The position numbers and the translations under genes were made by a program. Shown in pieces: positions 42,134 to 55,574 of a stretch of 64,000 bases of DNA (its first letter is position 1; each line of letters starts with the position of its first letter). The notes under the pieces were generated by a model. It had not been told where the DNA came from. It worked only from the letters and a program-made list of their open reading frames with translations, and made no database searches. Source of the DNA: Octopus sinensis (taxonomy: Eukaryota); contig NC_043015.1 in assembly GCF_006345805.1 (NCBI RefSeq), forward strand, positions 25,048,001 through 25,112,000. The letters run 5' to 3'.

Positions 42134-43180
42134 TTGTTTTGTATACATTCGCTGCTTTCTTCCAAGGAATCTAATGCTCTTAGCTTATTTTTCCTTGGGG
42201 CTGGCCAGATTGGAGCAATCTCAAGTATAACCAACCGAAATTGCAAAGATAATCTGGAACTCGACTGAGGATAGAAAACTCCAAATGATCCATTCTTGTT
42301 TTCCTTGTATCATCTGTCTGGATATTTTGTTTTCCTTTTTTTGTTTCACCTAACTGTCTGGATGTTTTGCATTCTTATCCCATTTTCGTATTTTTTATAT
42401 ATAGAATATAGCGGCATATGTACACTTTGGTCTCTTATATGTAAGTATATATATCTAAATTTTGTACGACTCTATTGTTCTTTATATTCTTTCATTCTTT
42501 CCTTCTTTCTTTCAGCCCTTTCACACTTCGTTCATTCCACTCTTCGTTCTTTCGTTCCCCCTCTCTCACATTTCCTGGCCTTCTCTTCGTGCTCACTTTC
42601 CCTCTTTCACTTCACTGTGTCTCTTTCATTTTTTTGCCTTCCGTCCTTATTTCTACTCTCCCTCTACCTCTCCCTCTTCTCTCCCCATGTGACCGGTGTT
42701 CAGCCAGGCCTGACCTTTCTTTCTTGGTTGGACTACTGTTCCTGCAACATCTATCTTCCTTCCTGTGCTTGTTAAATCCTATGTTCCTGCCATAAGGCTT
42801 TACTTCCACACACGCCAGCTTAATTTAATTTGTCCTTAGTCGAAAGACACCTGTTGATATGTCCTGTTATTTCTATTTGTGTAACATTTCTGTTTTTTTC
42901 CGTACTTGTTTTCGTATACATTCACTGCTTTCTTCTAAGGAATGTAATACTCTTAGCTTAATTTTCCTTGGGGCTGGCCAGATTCAAGCAATCTCAAGTA
43001 TAACCAGCCGAAATGGCAAAGATAATCTGGAACTTGACTGAGGATAGAAAACTCCGAATGATCTAGCCTTGTTTTCCTTGTATCATCTGTCTGGATATTT
43101 TGTTTTCCTTTCTTTGTTTCACCTAACTGTCTGGATGTTTTGCGTTCTTGTCCCATTTTTGTATTTTTATATATATATAA
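42134..43180. mobile_element. About 270-bp direct repeats flanking a 500-bp pyrimidine-rich spacer (pseudo-LTR-like)
   Basis: 42134-42403 and 42906-43180 align at roughly 85-90% identity; non-coding; adjacent to (TA)n. Confidence 0.8.
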
Positions 43181-44023
43181 AAAGAATATCTTTAAATATT
43201 CAATACAGAAACAAGAGAAAAATGGAATTTCATAAAAGAACCCACTTTACAAATCAATTCCTGCCCGAGTTAACCTTGAAGGATTTTCCAGTTATTCCAA
43301 ACTCTCCTGGTTTTTCTTTTCCTTCACACTATTTACAAAACAAATTACAAAACTTGACTCAAAATTTGACTGTTTGTTTGATATCTCATGAAGTACACCA
43401 TGATTTTTCTTGCAGATATTAGCCAACAAATATTTACTTTCTTTCTTAGCTTCATCAAACATCACAAGCTGATGAATATTAGCAACAGGTTTCAAGGAAT
43501 CTCCTTCATTTAATGAGGCTTGTCTGAAGTTGCTCAGATTCATAAAAAGCACACATCACGGACATCAAGTAAATCTGTATAATGACATCGTAACAGCTTC
43601 AGAAAGCCAAACATAGACATTATTGAAAGCATAGACATTACTGTGAAAAATCAAATCCTTTTGGAGTAGCCTGACGTTTTGGTCTGCTCAGCTGGGATTG
43701 AACTAGAAAGATAAACAAGTCATAGAGAGTGAGTGATAACTGAATCCTTTCAGCATTTAATGTATTGCATGTATAAGTCAAGGCAGTACCTGGACATGAA
43801 CTGGGGAACCTTTAGTTTGTTTGTTGGTAAACTATCACCTTAGTCAACTGCACTTAATAACCTCAAATATTAACTGTAATTTATATTCTCACTTTGTGTT
43901 TGTTGGTTTGTGTCCTGGGAATTTATTGGTGGCATTTTGGAAATTAAAATGCTTAGAAATTATTAAAAGTTGAATTGTTGAAACAAAACAGCAGCAAATA
44001 CACACACACACACACACGCACGC

Positions 44024-44054
<31 letters not shown>

Positions 44055-44238
44055 AACACAAACACACCGCCCAACCACACCCTACCCGACCCCTCCATAC
44101 AGTTCTCAAGAACAGGCCTTTTAAAAAAAATTTTTTCTCCATTCTCCCGCCTCTCAATCATTGTCCTTTAATAGAATTAATACAAATAATGAATTAATGA
44201 ATTTGGAGACAGAACGAGAGGGAAATAAGATTACATAG

Positions 44239-44276
<38 letters not shown>

Positions 44277-45579
44277 GGTGGAGATGATAACAGACAGAGA
44301 GAAAGGAAGATGATGGATAGTGAGAGAGAAAGAGTGAGAGAGAAAGAGTGAGAGAGAGAGTGAGAGAGAGTGAGAGAGAGAGAGAGAGAATGCTACCCAC
44401 ATGCTTGCATACAAGCCAAAACACACACACATTCAAACCGAATTCATTTTAATTTAGGTCTAGAATTTTCATTTAAATTATCGAACACATATAATCAATA
44501 CATGAGGGAAACACATAACGTTATGTAATGTATTTGTTTTATATTTTCCACTTTTTAAAAAAATTCTAAATATTTTACATTTTTATTTACTTATTTTTTG
44601 TGGCCAATATTTCATAACAAGAACAATGCAGACTCCATGTTTGCTTTAATTGGGTTTCTTCAATATTGAAATTAAACCCAATTTAAGTCCTGAATTTCAT
44701 TTTACTTTGTGCATTTAATGTTTTGCACGTTAACTTTTTAAGATTTTTAATTTTTATTTTATTAATTTATTTATTTATTTAAGTGAATCTCCACTGCAAA
44801 ACAAACAAATTTGAGACCATTTTTAAAAAAGATATTTCTTTTTGATTTTTCACTAAATATATAATCAATGATTTCACTAAGAATACCTGTCATAGAAACG
44901 TGAGAAAATACCCAGGAAATGAGATTTTGAATTTCAGACATGTTGACCATAATAATTAGGATGACGATGATGATGATCTTGTTTTGCTGCAGGTCAGTTG
45001 TGATTGAGGAAACTTAGGATCAAACTCATACAAGCTGAGACTATACTTTCCTTTTGTAGACATAATTTGCTTCTCATGACATAACTTAATATGACCATCC
45101 TTTCTGAAGAGATTAGTGACTAACTATTTCTAGCACATTCTTAAGCCACAAAGCACTCAGTCATTGACTCATTTTTATGATTTTGTATGCATTTCGCTGT
45201 GTGTGTGTGTGTATACATGTAAGCCTGGAAACTGTTCAATATGTTAAGTACAAAGTTGTCTGTATTGAATCCTTGAAATTATCCTTCATCCACCGGTCAA
45301 TGAATAAGTCATCTCTGTATGAGAAAGCAAAGCAGTGCAATGTGAGGAGGATAGAAAAGTGACAGGATTAAAGGCATGGGTGTAACAGATGGTGGAAGAA
45401 GAAGAAGAAGAAGAAGAAAGAAAGAAAATCTCACTCTCATAGACATGCATACTTGTATACATGTACAAACATACAAGCACACACACATATGTATACGTAT
45501 ACATGTATGTGTGTGCGTATATATATATATCTATATATATGTATATATATATATTTTTTTATTCATATATTTATATATG

Positions 45580-47585
45580 TTTCTTTATTAGCCACACAGG
45601 GCTACACACAGACAGGACAGATTACAAAGTAGAGCTTTTCTTTATGAGAAAAGAAGAAAAATAAAAGTGGGGTAGGTCTTCAATCAAAAGGGATCGTAAA
45701 GGGGAAAGAAAAGAAAAAAAAGAAAAAGAAAAAACGATCATTAGGGATCGTGTATCACAGAAATGTCATGATGTAAAGTGTAAAGATGGAAGCAGATAGG
45801 GATTTCCGTGGAAAGAAAAGCCTACAGAAAAGACCCCAGTAACCTCGGTCAATAACGTCACCTGTTAACACATTTGTTTGCAAGTAGGTAACCCTCTGTT
45901 TTAATTTTTTCCGGGTTCATAGGATTATGCTCAAGGTAGCTTCGTCATTCATACATGCCATCCAAGCTACATTCACCCATCTTTTATGAAACATTTGTTA
46001 GACAAAACTTGCCTCTCAACTCTCACTTTCCTTTTCAAGTGATACTTGAAGAAGTTGATGAGATATTGACCAGAGAGGAAAGTGTTTGTCTCCAATCCTT
46101 TTAGACACACCCACCAGATACATTCTTTCACCATAGCCACAAGAATGATGAAAATAGCTCTTTCTTCCCGTTTGAAGGAAGGAGGCATGACAATGTTGAC
46201 GATAGACTCGGCTGATAAACCGACTCGTCCCACACATGACAGCAGTCATTCGACATAAGCCCACAGGTCGGAAATTGTTGGACACTGCACGAGTGCGTGC
46301 AGAACAGTTTCATCACTCTGACCAAATCTCGGGCAGGTTGGCCCCATGTTTTTCGAGCCGTGCCTGTAGAGCTTATCCCGAATGGGTAGCACTTCTCGGT
46401 AGCACTGCCAGGCCAGGGATCTCTGGAAGTTGTCCATGGGTCCTGGCCCGAACGTCATCCTGAACAGGCAGGTCAGGTATTCCTTGTCGACGTCAAGGTT
46501 CGCCCCGAGCTCGTTGTCGTACCTTCCCTCCACTAATCCCCTATAGAATGCTTTAGTTGTGTTGAAGTCACTCAAGGTCGAACCGGAACGGCATAGTTGC
46601 TTCAGAGCAACGCGACACTCGCAGTGCCATTCGACCTTCCTCGGCCTCTTTTTGATCCACGACTGCAGTTCGGCCATGGAGATGAGTTGTGGGAAAGCGT
46701 GACTCACAAACAGCGACCACACCTGTTCACCATCGTCTACGTAGAGCCTGAGATGTCGCAGTCTCAGCACATGTCTGTGCATCATCAACCACGGCATGCC
46801 CAGTCCTCCTTTTAATGGGTGTTAACAGCAAATAGATCGCCTGACCATCGGGACGCATCCTTTCCACAAGTGAAAGAGAATGCGTTCTAGTTTGGTGATG
46901 GTAGGGTTGGGACAAGGCACGACGGTCAGGCAGTAGTAGATGACGGATGCGATGTACGTGTTTGCCACCTCTGCCCAACCTTTTAGGGACAGTTTTCTCT
47001 CGGCCCATTGCCGGGCGAGAGTGACCACCCTACTCGTTATCTCATTCCAGTTCTTCTCCATTTGAAGGTCCAGACCAAACCAGACCCCAAGCAACTCAAC
47101 CAGACCGTTGGTCCAGCGTCCCACAATGGAGGCGCTGGTGGACAGCATGGGCTTGCTTCTCCAGGTGCCGAGCCGCAAGCCCACAGACTTTTCCTGGTTG
47201 ATTTTCGCTCCTGTCATTGCTTCGTAGTCTTTCAGTGTCTCACCGACCAGCTCAATGTGCTTGTGGCTAGACACTATGACGGTGACGTCATCTGCATATG
47301 CAGACACACTCGTTCCGCATTCCAATTCTTGCGGGATATCCCTCAGAGTTGCCAGCTTCCACAATAATGGCTCAAGAGTCAATACATAGAGAAGTGACAA
47401 GAGGAGGCATCCCTGACTGACCGAACATGCAATGTCGAAAGGTCTCGATAGATGTCTATTTACACAAATTACCGAACGGATATCCAGCCGCAAAAGACGG
47501 GTCCGAAACCAGCCGTTCTGAGGACAGCCTCTAAGTATCGATGGTCTACCCTATCAAAAGCTTTCGGTTGATCCAAATTGCCAGG
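45580..47585 (-). mobile_element. Tx1/L1-clade LINE, 5'-truncated ORF2 (RT plus C-terminal Cys motif) and 3' UTR
   Basis: KAFDRVDHRYL, SVSQGCLLLSLLYVLTLEPL, SAYADDVTV, YLG-like LLGVWFG, TCPRFGQSDETVLHALVQCP. Frameshifted. AATAAA at 45589-45584. Confidence 0.9.
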
Positions 47586-49474
47586 TTCCTTAATATATAT
47601 ATATATGCAACTTTGCTCTAGTTAGAATATTTTTGACAAAAACTTCAAATCTGAAAAGAATCTTTTCCCAACCAAATATACACAAGGACTAACATTTTCA
47701 CCACACACACACACACGTTCATGCATGCACACCCCTATATCCACACATACACACGCACATGGAGCAAATGCTGACACCAGAAACTCCTGCCAGAACAGTT
47801 TAAATCTTTGCTTTATTTCTAGTCTGTTCAGCTGTAAAATATGTGTGTGGGGGGGAGGAGTCTGTTGTGTGTTACAATGCACACGCGCACACACACACAC
47901 GTATTCTATGTTCTGCTGAATTATTCATATTTATCGTTTACATAAATCTAAGAATGCAGATCAGTGTTAGAACTAACAAATAAAACCACAAATTCTACTC
48001 TTTTTAGAGATGAAGCATTTCAAGAGATTTGTTCAGTGATATCATTCATATAAGAACCAAAACCATTAAACTGGGTGCAGGAAACTTCGATGATTCTCCC
48101 ACCACCACCACCACCACCACCATGTCTCTTAGTATGATTCATGATTATCTTTTAATACATGTGCAAATCAGAGTTATTTTTGATAGAACAATCACACCAG
48201 TGATTTAATAAAGCCAATGGCTGAAGAAATCTTTGAGAATTAACAAGGATTTTATTGGTTTAACCCTTTCACTACCAATCTGCTAGAGGTTACCCTTCAT
48301 TCTATGACTTATATTTCCCATTTTAAAGTCACCTAAATTAAAAGCTTCCTCCAAAATTTCCTGTTAATTTGTTCTAAAGATTACCTTGATAATGATTAAA
48401 TTAATTGAAAGAAAGTTTGTACACTTCAAATGAAATACAATAACATAACGGCTAAATTGAATAAAAGATTAAAACAATTTATACCAAACTTTCCTTCATA
48501 TTTTGGATCTAATCCTTCAAAGTATTTTAAATAAAATTTTATATAAAATATCTTTAAAATATATAATCTTGTTATACAAGCCTAGATTGAATATATGGAA
48601 TGTATGATGTGTTAATGCTGTTTTTTAAATACAATTTTCGATTTCTTTCAAAATACCATAATTTTTGACAACACAGTTTTTGAATAATACTGGTTTCTCA
48701 TTTTGGCATAAGGTGGTTGAAATAGCGATTAAATTTTAGAAGATCAATAAAATATTTAGAATCATGATATTTTGATATTGATAATTGTATATTTGTTGGA
48801 ATTAGTAACTCTGAAATAAAATTAGATATTGCTTTTTTTTATATTATTAAAAGTGAATGATTTATGTTAAAACCAGACTCAGTTTCCTCATCAAGAACTG
48901 CACATTAAAAATAAAGCTAATTCTAATTATTCTAACTCAGTGTGATGGAATAATCTAATTTTTAATTAAAATACTATTTCTGACCATGAATTTCAGACAA
49001 TTTCCATAAAAAGAAAACAAAAATATTGTAAAAAATTTTAAGAGGCATATGAAGTAATTTGGACAAAACATATTTGTGAAAATTTAGGAATTTGAAAAGA
49101 AATGCATATTATGATTCTTTAAAACTGAACTTATTTTTAAATCAATACCTGCTAAATTAAAATCAATCCAGCAATTAATCATATATTTCTTTAGTTTTCT
49201 TTACATTCCATTTTAGGTCTAATTGCTGTTGATCAAATTAATTTTATTTTGTAAGAGGCATTTAATAACCTTTAATTTTATGTATCAACAAAAAGTTGAT
49301 GCATTTTACAATTTACACTTTTATAAAACGTGTTTCCTGCAATTGATGAGATGACATGGGTGGATCAACACGACCAGCAACATATCATTCTGTAGACATG
49401 TCCAACTCATTACAATAACAGATAAAGGGACATTGTCAGCAGTGGCAACAGTGATGACATGATCTTCAACTTCA

Positions 49475-49508
<34 letters not shown>

Positions 49509-49546
49509 GGTGGTGGCAGTGATGATAAGGATAATGATCTACCCAT

Positions 49547-49611
49547 GGGCATATGGCATAGTGGTTAAGAGCGCGGGCTACTAACAACAAGAGTTCAATT
49601 CCAGGCAGTGA

Positions 49612-49612
<1 letters not shown>
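49547..49612 (+). promoter_or_regulatory. tRNA-like Pol III internal promoter (SINE head)
   Basis: A box TGGCATAGTGG at 49554-49564; B-box-like GAGTTCAATTCC at 49591-49602. Confidence 0.65.
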
Positions 49613-49646
<34 letters not shown>

Positions 49647-49693
49647 TCGAAAAATACCTTAGGAATGAGAATCCAGGTTCGAAATTTCCCCAA

Positions 49694-49739
49694 GAAACCT
49701 GATGAAGGCTGGAGGGTGTATCAGCCGAAACGTTGTGTT
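49694..49739 (+). ncRNA. Minimal type I hammerhead motif (Penelope-type)
   Basis: CTGATGA at 49699-49705, one extra A, stem II GGCTG/CAGCC, then GAAAC-GTT with an AACGTT palindrome. Stem I GAAAC/GTGTT has one mismatch; the paralog at 39879 has GACAC at this position. Confidence 0.7.
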
Positions 49740-51061
49740 AACAACAAACAAGATGAGGACAAATATTTGTCAAATGTAAATAATGTAAATAATGTACATA
49801 ATTCCTCTTCTCTTAAATATAGAACTGTGATGATTGTTGTTAAATCGTTAGTCAACTCTAAACAAACATTCTTGCTATAATCATGCAGGGATCCCCTTCA
49901 TCAACAGACACCTCAAAAACATCCCCCACTTGGGTTATACCAATCTCCTTCAACTGCTGCAACCCTTGACCCACCCTAATCCACCCCACCCCAAGCCTCT
50001 TCTACATTTCTCTCCATCATTTGCTACAGTTACTTCAATCCTTCTCACTCACCCAGTCCCAACCCCTGAATCACTTCACCTATTTTCACCACCCCCAATG
50101 TCCATCAAAGGCATGTCCCAACACATCTTTGCCATCATGTCCCTCATTACAGCTCTCTTCAATTTACTCTCTTGCCCACTTGCCTGTTTTTACCAAAACT
50201 CCGGTATCTATGTATCTCCTCCATAGCATGGTTGAAGGGATTTTTTCCTTTTGCAAGGTACTTCCTGACACTGGTACCATGTAAAAAGCACCCAGTATGC
50301 TATGTAAAGTGGCTGGTGTTAGGAAGGACACCCAGCTGCAGAAGCCATGCCAAGACAGATTATGGAACAAAAGGTGTGTGAGTCAGAGAGAGAGAGAGTG
50401 AGAGAGAGCGATAGAGAACAAGACAGAAAGAAAAAGAGTGAAAGGATTTATGTATATTTGTCATAGAATCATTGAGTGCAATACAGTTTTGTTGTTATAA
50501 AAGTATTTAACTTTTTCAATTTTGGTCTATCGAAATAAGAATGGATTTGTTCCGATTAAATTTTGAAAATAATGAAATTAATAAAATAACTTTTTGAAAC
50601 ATAAATAAACATAAAATCTTAATGGAAAGTTTTAATTTGAATCAATTCATAAACCAGGAATTTGTAATTTTGGAACCAAAGCTAGTTTGAAGACGACTGA
50701 TATAAAATGGGTTAAAATAAAATCCAATAAATTATTCATTATTTACCAAAGAAAAAAAATTCAGCCAATCTTTTATTTTCGTTAAAATTTCATGGTTTTA
50801 GACAGTATTAAGTTTGTAAAAAGAAAACAGCACAAAGTTTTTTCTTCAGAATTTAGAAAATTGTTAAAGAATTCAAATCTGCCTGCACAAAATTATTCAA
50901 AGATGCAGGTTAAGAAGTGTTGTTAAGAAGCTCATTTCCCATCCACATAGTCCCTGGTTCAATCCTAATGAGAGGTACTTTGGCAAGAGTCTTCAACTGT
51001 AGCCCCAGGGTGACCAAAATTTAGTGAGTGGATTTGCTGGGTATAAAGAGAAAGAAACTAG

Positions 51062-51105
<44 letters not shown>

Positions 51106-51598
51106 ATGTGTTTGTGCACATGTGCATGTGAACGAATGTTTGTTTGTGTATTTGTGTCTGTATGTTGCTCCCCACCAGACACACACACTCTGCTCGCCAA
51201 CTGGTGTTGGTGTGCTTACATCCATGTAACTCAATGGTTTGGCCAAAAAACCAATAGAATAAGTACCAGGCTTATAAAGAAGAGAAATCCTGGTGTCAAT
51301 TTATTCGATTGAAATTCCTGAGAGCAGTGCTCCAGTGTGGTCACAGTCTAATGATTGAAACAAGTAAAAAGATAATTTTGAAATTAAAAACAGATTAATT
51401 AAAAAATCTAAAATCTAATAATTATTGCTTCACCATATTAGACATTACGAGTGTTATCAATTAGTATATATAAAACAGTTCAGCAGATACATAAATGGCT
51501 AAATATATTTGGTACCTATACACTCCATAGATATCATTCCAGGAATTATGATGAATACATACATACAGATATATACATACACATATACATACATACAT

Positions 51599-51680
<82 letters not shown>

Positions 51681-51685
<5 letters not shown>

Positions 51686-51909
51686 GTAATATATGTGACA
51701 ATTATTTGGTTGCCATAATAAAACTCTGAGTTTTGGATGTCAGGGCATAAACCTGCTCCAGCATCTCTTCAGTTATTGAGGCAATCAAAATATGCTATCG
51801 ATATGCCTAGATACCTGAAGAGATGCCGGAACAGATTTCCATACCAACATCCAAAACTCAGAATTTTATCATGGCAACCGAATAATTGTCACATATTATA
51901 TTACAGATA
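51681..51909. repeat. Long palindrome (about 92-95 bp arms) with two decayed outward-facing hammerhead motifs
   Basis: 51681-51772 vs 51815-51909. Each arm reads CTGAAGA-GATG...CATC-CAAAAC-TCAGA-(G/A)TT-TTAT(T/C). Confidence 0.9.
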
Positions 51910-51955
51910 AATTCCTCTATTGAGGTCTCTTTCTTTCTTTTGTTGTCTTACCATT

Positions 51956-51999
<44 letters not shown>

Positions 52000-52000
<1 letters not shown>

Positions 52001-52110
52001 GGAGTTAAATGCAGGTGTTATTCAAATTCTTTTACTTTCGACACATGTTTCAAAGATATCACTGGTAACTATATATTTTTTCCGTGTCAATTGTTAACAA
52101 CGGAAAAATA
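52000..52110 (-). mobile_element. 5'-truncated copy of the 41959 hammerhead family (3' half only)
   Basis: Minus strand GAAACATGTGTCGAAAGTAAAAGAATTTGAATAACACC..CCATTTA aligns with 42025-42080. No CTGANGA upstream. Confidence 0.65.
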
Positions 52111-52139
52111 CACACATCTATATCTATGTATATATCTTT

Positions 52140-52345
52140 TATCTTTTGCTTGTTTTAGTCATTGGACTGTGGCCATGCTGGGGCACTACCTTGAATTAGT
52201 AGTCAAATGAATTGACCCACCCCAGGACTTATTCTTTAAGCCTGGTACTTATTCTATCAGTCTCTTTTGCCAAACTGTTAAGTTACTGGAATGTAGACAC
52301 ACCAACACCAGTTGTCAAGCTGTGATGGGGGAACAAATACAGAAA
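52140..52345 (+). mobile_element. Second SINE family
   Basis: GGCCATGCTGG..GGACTTATTCTTTAAGCCTGGTACTTATTCTATC..CACCAACACCAGTTGTCAAG. Related copies at about 58540-58730 (+) and 51180-51365 (-). Confidence 0.7.
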
Positions 52346-53105
52346 CATACATAAATATTTATATACACACACACATACATATATACATATATACGACAGG
52401 CTTCTTTCAATTTCCGTCTACCAAATCCACTTACCATGATACATCTGTTTGTTGTCTACACTACCTGTCTTCATCTTTTGTTTTTTTTTGTGAATTCTCC
52501 GTGTATGTGTGTGTGTGTGTGTGTGCATGCGTGCATGTGTGTGTGCATGCATGTGTCTGTGTACATGTATATGTACATGTGTATATACTATATGTATAAA
52601 TAAGCATATATATTTATGTATGCATCTAAGTGTATTTTTCTATGTATATGTATATACGTGAATACCCATATATGCATGTACATATACAGAAAGAGAGAGA
52701 AAAATTAAGAGATATGTACCATTCCTATATGCATACACAGACATATTGGGAAACTTACCTCTGGTTTTTGTGTTCTGTCAATAAATGCTGTCATTTTCTC
52801 AACTCTACACTTGTATATTATACAACAAAATGGCAAATGCAAACCAAGAGCAGCTACAGACATCTGTAGCTGAAAATATTATGCAAGAAATGTCCCTAGG
52901 ACTCTATAGAAAAATGGTTTCTGTGCAAAAAGAACTATAATACATATTTGATCAGCACCTGCCACCAAATGTCAACCAGTAAAACCATCCTATGAGGCAT
53001 ATCAAATCTTTGAAGCAATTTAATGTGTATTATCCATAAAAAGAAGTCCGACTGTTTATATATTGTTTGACATTTAAAACAAATGACATAGATGATGATA
53101 TATAC

Positions 53106-53142
<37 letters not shown>

Positions 53143-53212
53143 GGTGTGTGTGTGTGTGTGTGTGTATGTGTGTGAGTGTGTGTGTGTGTGTATATATATA
53201 TATGTGTATATA

Positions 53213-53256
<44 letters not shown>

Positions 53257-53265
53257 ATATATATA

Positions 53266-53422
53266 TATGCTTTATTTAAAGCAGCAGAAAATTCAACAAA
53301 ACCTGTTACTCTGAGTTTCGCGTTGCCATTCGGCGGACAGTTTTAAACTGTTCGACAAATGGCAACGGGAAACTCAGAGTAATAGGTTTTGTTGAATTTT
53401 CTGCTCCTTTAAATAAAGCATA
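53266..53422. repeat. Long palindrome (65-bp arms) with two degenerate hammerhead-like motifs
   Basis: 53266-53330 vs 53358-53422, 3 mismatches. Arms read ACTGT-(CCGCCGA/TCGACAA)-ATG-GCAA-CG(C/G)-GAAAC-TCAGA-GTA-A(C/T)AGG. Confidence 0.9.
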
Positions 53423-53498
53423 TTACTCTACCAATGGTATTTGAGTACTCTTTTTTCCACCTTGTTTCACATTTATATGTATAGATATATGTATATGC

Positions 53499-53542
<44 letters not shown>

Positions 53543-53545
53543 AAG

Positions 53546-53576
<31 letters not shown>

Positions 53577-53844
53577 GTGTATATATATATATATGTATAT
53601 TAAAATCTTAGGGTAGCAAGAATATTCATAGAAAAATTCTTAGTTACCCGTGGTCTAGCGAGAAATAAAAAAAAATAGGATTAAGGTAAAAGCTTTTATT
53701 TTCCAATCACTTTCGGAATTACAACAATTGGTGGCTTGGAGTTTTAACTGCTCTTTCTAGCGAGTTAGATATCCTATTCTTCAGGTATCTCTTTTGTGTT
53801 TGAACGTACACTATATTCTTCTTTGAATTATATATATGTATAGA

Positions 53845-54135
<291 letters not shown>

Positions 54136-54289
54136 TGAAATAGAAAGATGAATATCTTGTAGCAGATTAATCAAAAGTTTAACCGATACCTTGGTAGCAA
54201 AAATCACAGCAGAAAACAGCACGGTTGGAGGTACAACCATATGGTGTTACAACCGTACGTTGGTGCAGATAATTGAAATCAAAATATTA

Positions 54290-55500
54290 TTCGTGAATTG
54301 AAGAAATGGAGCGGAACGAAGATTGAACAGAAATCGTTTTATTTCATTCTACACGTGTTTCGAAAGGCACAATTTACCAAAATCCGATTGAATAATGAGA
54401 CCATATTGTGTCCTTCTCTTCAGGAAGAAATAGGAAATCCGTTGGAAAAAACAAAAACAGAACAGAGGCGGAGCAAAACAAATCGAACTAGGCTCCTAAG
54501 AGCCCATGGCAAAACTGTTTATCAGTGTATGTTGAGAACCGGTGGCTGAAGATTTTAACGGGTCAGGCAGCGGTCATTCATGTGGGTGAGGGTGTGTAGA
54601 TGTTCTTTGTGACCGAGAATAAAGTTCTGACTATTTAAGGAATATTGGATGTTTTATAAGGGGCGAGAAAAAATCTACTTAGAGACATGTGTGTGTATAC
54701 TGTTCTATATATGTGTGTGCTGGCGTAGGGGTAGAAAACATTTTTTGTGTACGTGTGTGCGTTTGATCGCTCGGCTGTCAGTGGTTAAGCCGCTCTACAC
54801 AATGGCTACTGCAGTAAGAACCGTTGGGTGGCAGAAAAAAATATATTATGTTTTATGTGTGTGTGTGTTCGTCTGAGCCTGCCTTGTCAAGGTAACCCCC
54901 CGTTGTCAAAAAACATGTCCCGGGACATGAACAAGCGCCAGACCACGGGACTCAGCAAGCTAATATGGCGACTGAAGGATACGAACTTAAGCTACAGGCT
55001 GGAATGGTCAATTTTGTCGGTGGCCCTCCCATTTGATAGGGGCAGAAGGCAGTGCAACCTTTGTGTCTCCGAACTCTTCCATATTTTGTTTGCCAGAGGC
55101 CGGATGGTAAACGGACTTTTACAGTCGGCTTTTCGATGCCCCCATTGGCGGCGTTACACTTATCTGGCTTTTAAATAGCGTTTATAAATAATACTGGCAC
55201 CCATAGCCCTTGGTAACAAATTCTGAAATAGCCTTTAAGATATTTACGATTAACCACTGCAAGGGGAATTACTCCTGTAAGATAAACGGGGCTTGGTTTT
55301 TTGACAACGGGGGGTTACCTTGACAAGGCAGGCTCAGACGAACACACACACACATAAAACATAATATATTTTTTTCTGCCACCCAACGGTTCTTACTGCA
55401 GTAGCCATTGTGTAGAGCGATCAAACGCACACACGTACACAAAAAATGAAATAAAACGATTTCTGTTCAATCTTCGTTCCGCTCCATTTCTTCAATTCAC
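54290..55500 (+). mobile_element. Penelope-like element fragment (GIY-YIG endonuclease C-terminus) with inverted terminal copies
   Basis: TTGLSKLIWRLKDTNLSYRLEWSIL..CNLCVSELFHIL..RCPH in ORF 54828-55178. Inverted repeats 54739-54914/55296-55448 and 54293-54348/55445-55500. Confidence 0.85.
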
Positions 55501-55508
55501 CAATCATA

Positions 55509-55574
<66 letters not shown>

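Noticed and set aside
43292-43552. 86-aa protein-looking minus-strand ORF
   Set aside because: In-frame stop immediately upstream, no usable splice sites and no recognisable family.
44975-44998. Plus-strand TTGTTTTGCTGCAG|GTCAGT second recursive-site-like motif
   Set aside because: Weaker tract and donor, and it sits in a decayed repeat next to a (GAT)n run.
53690-53795. Minus-strand CTGAAGA...GAAAG
   Set aside because: Stem III, cleavage triplet and stem I cannot be formed convincingly.
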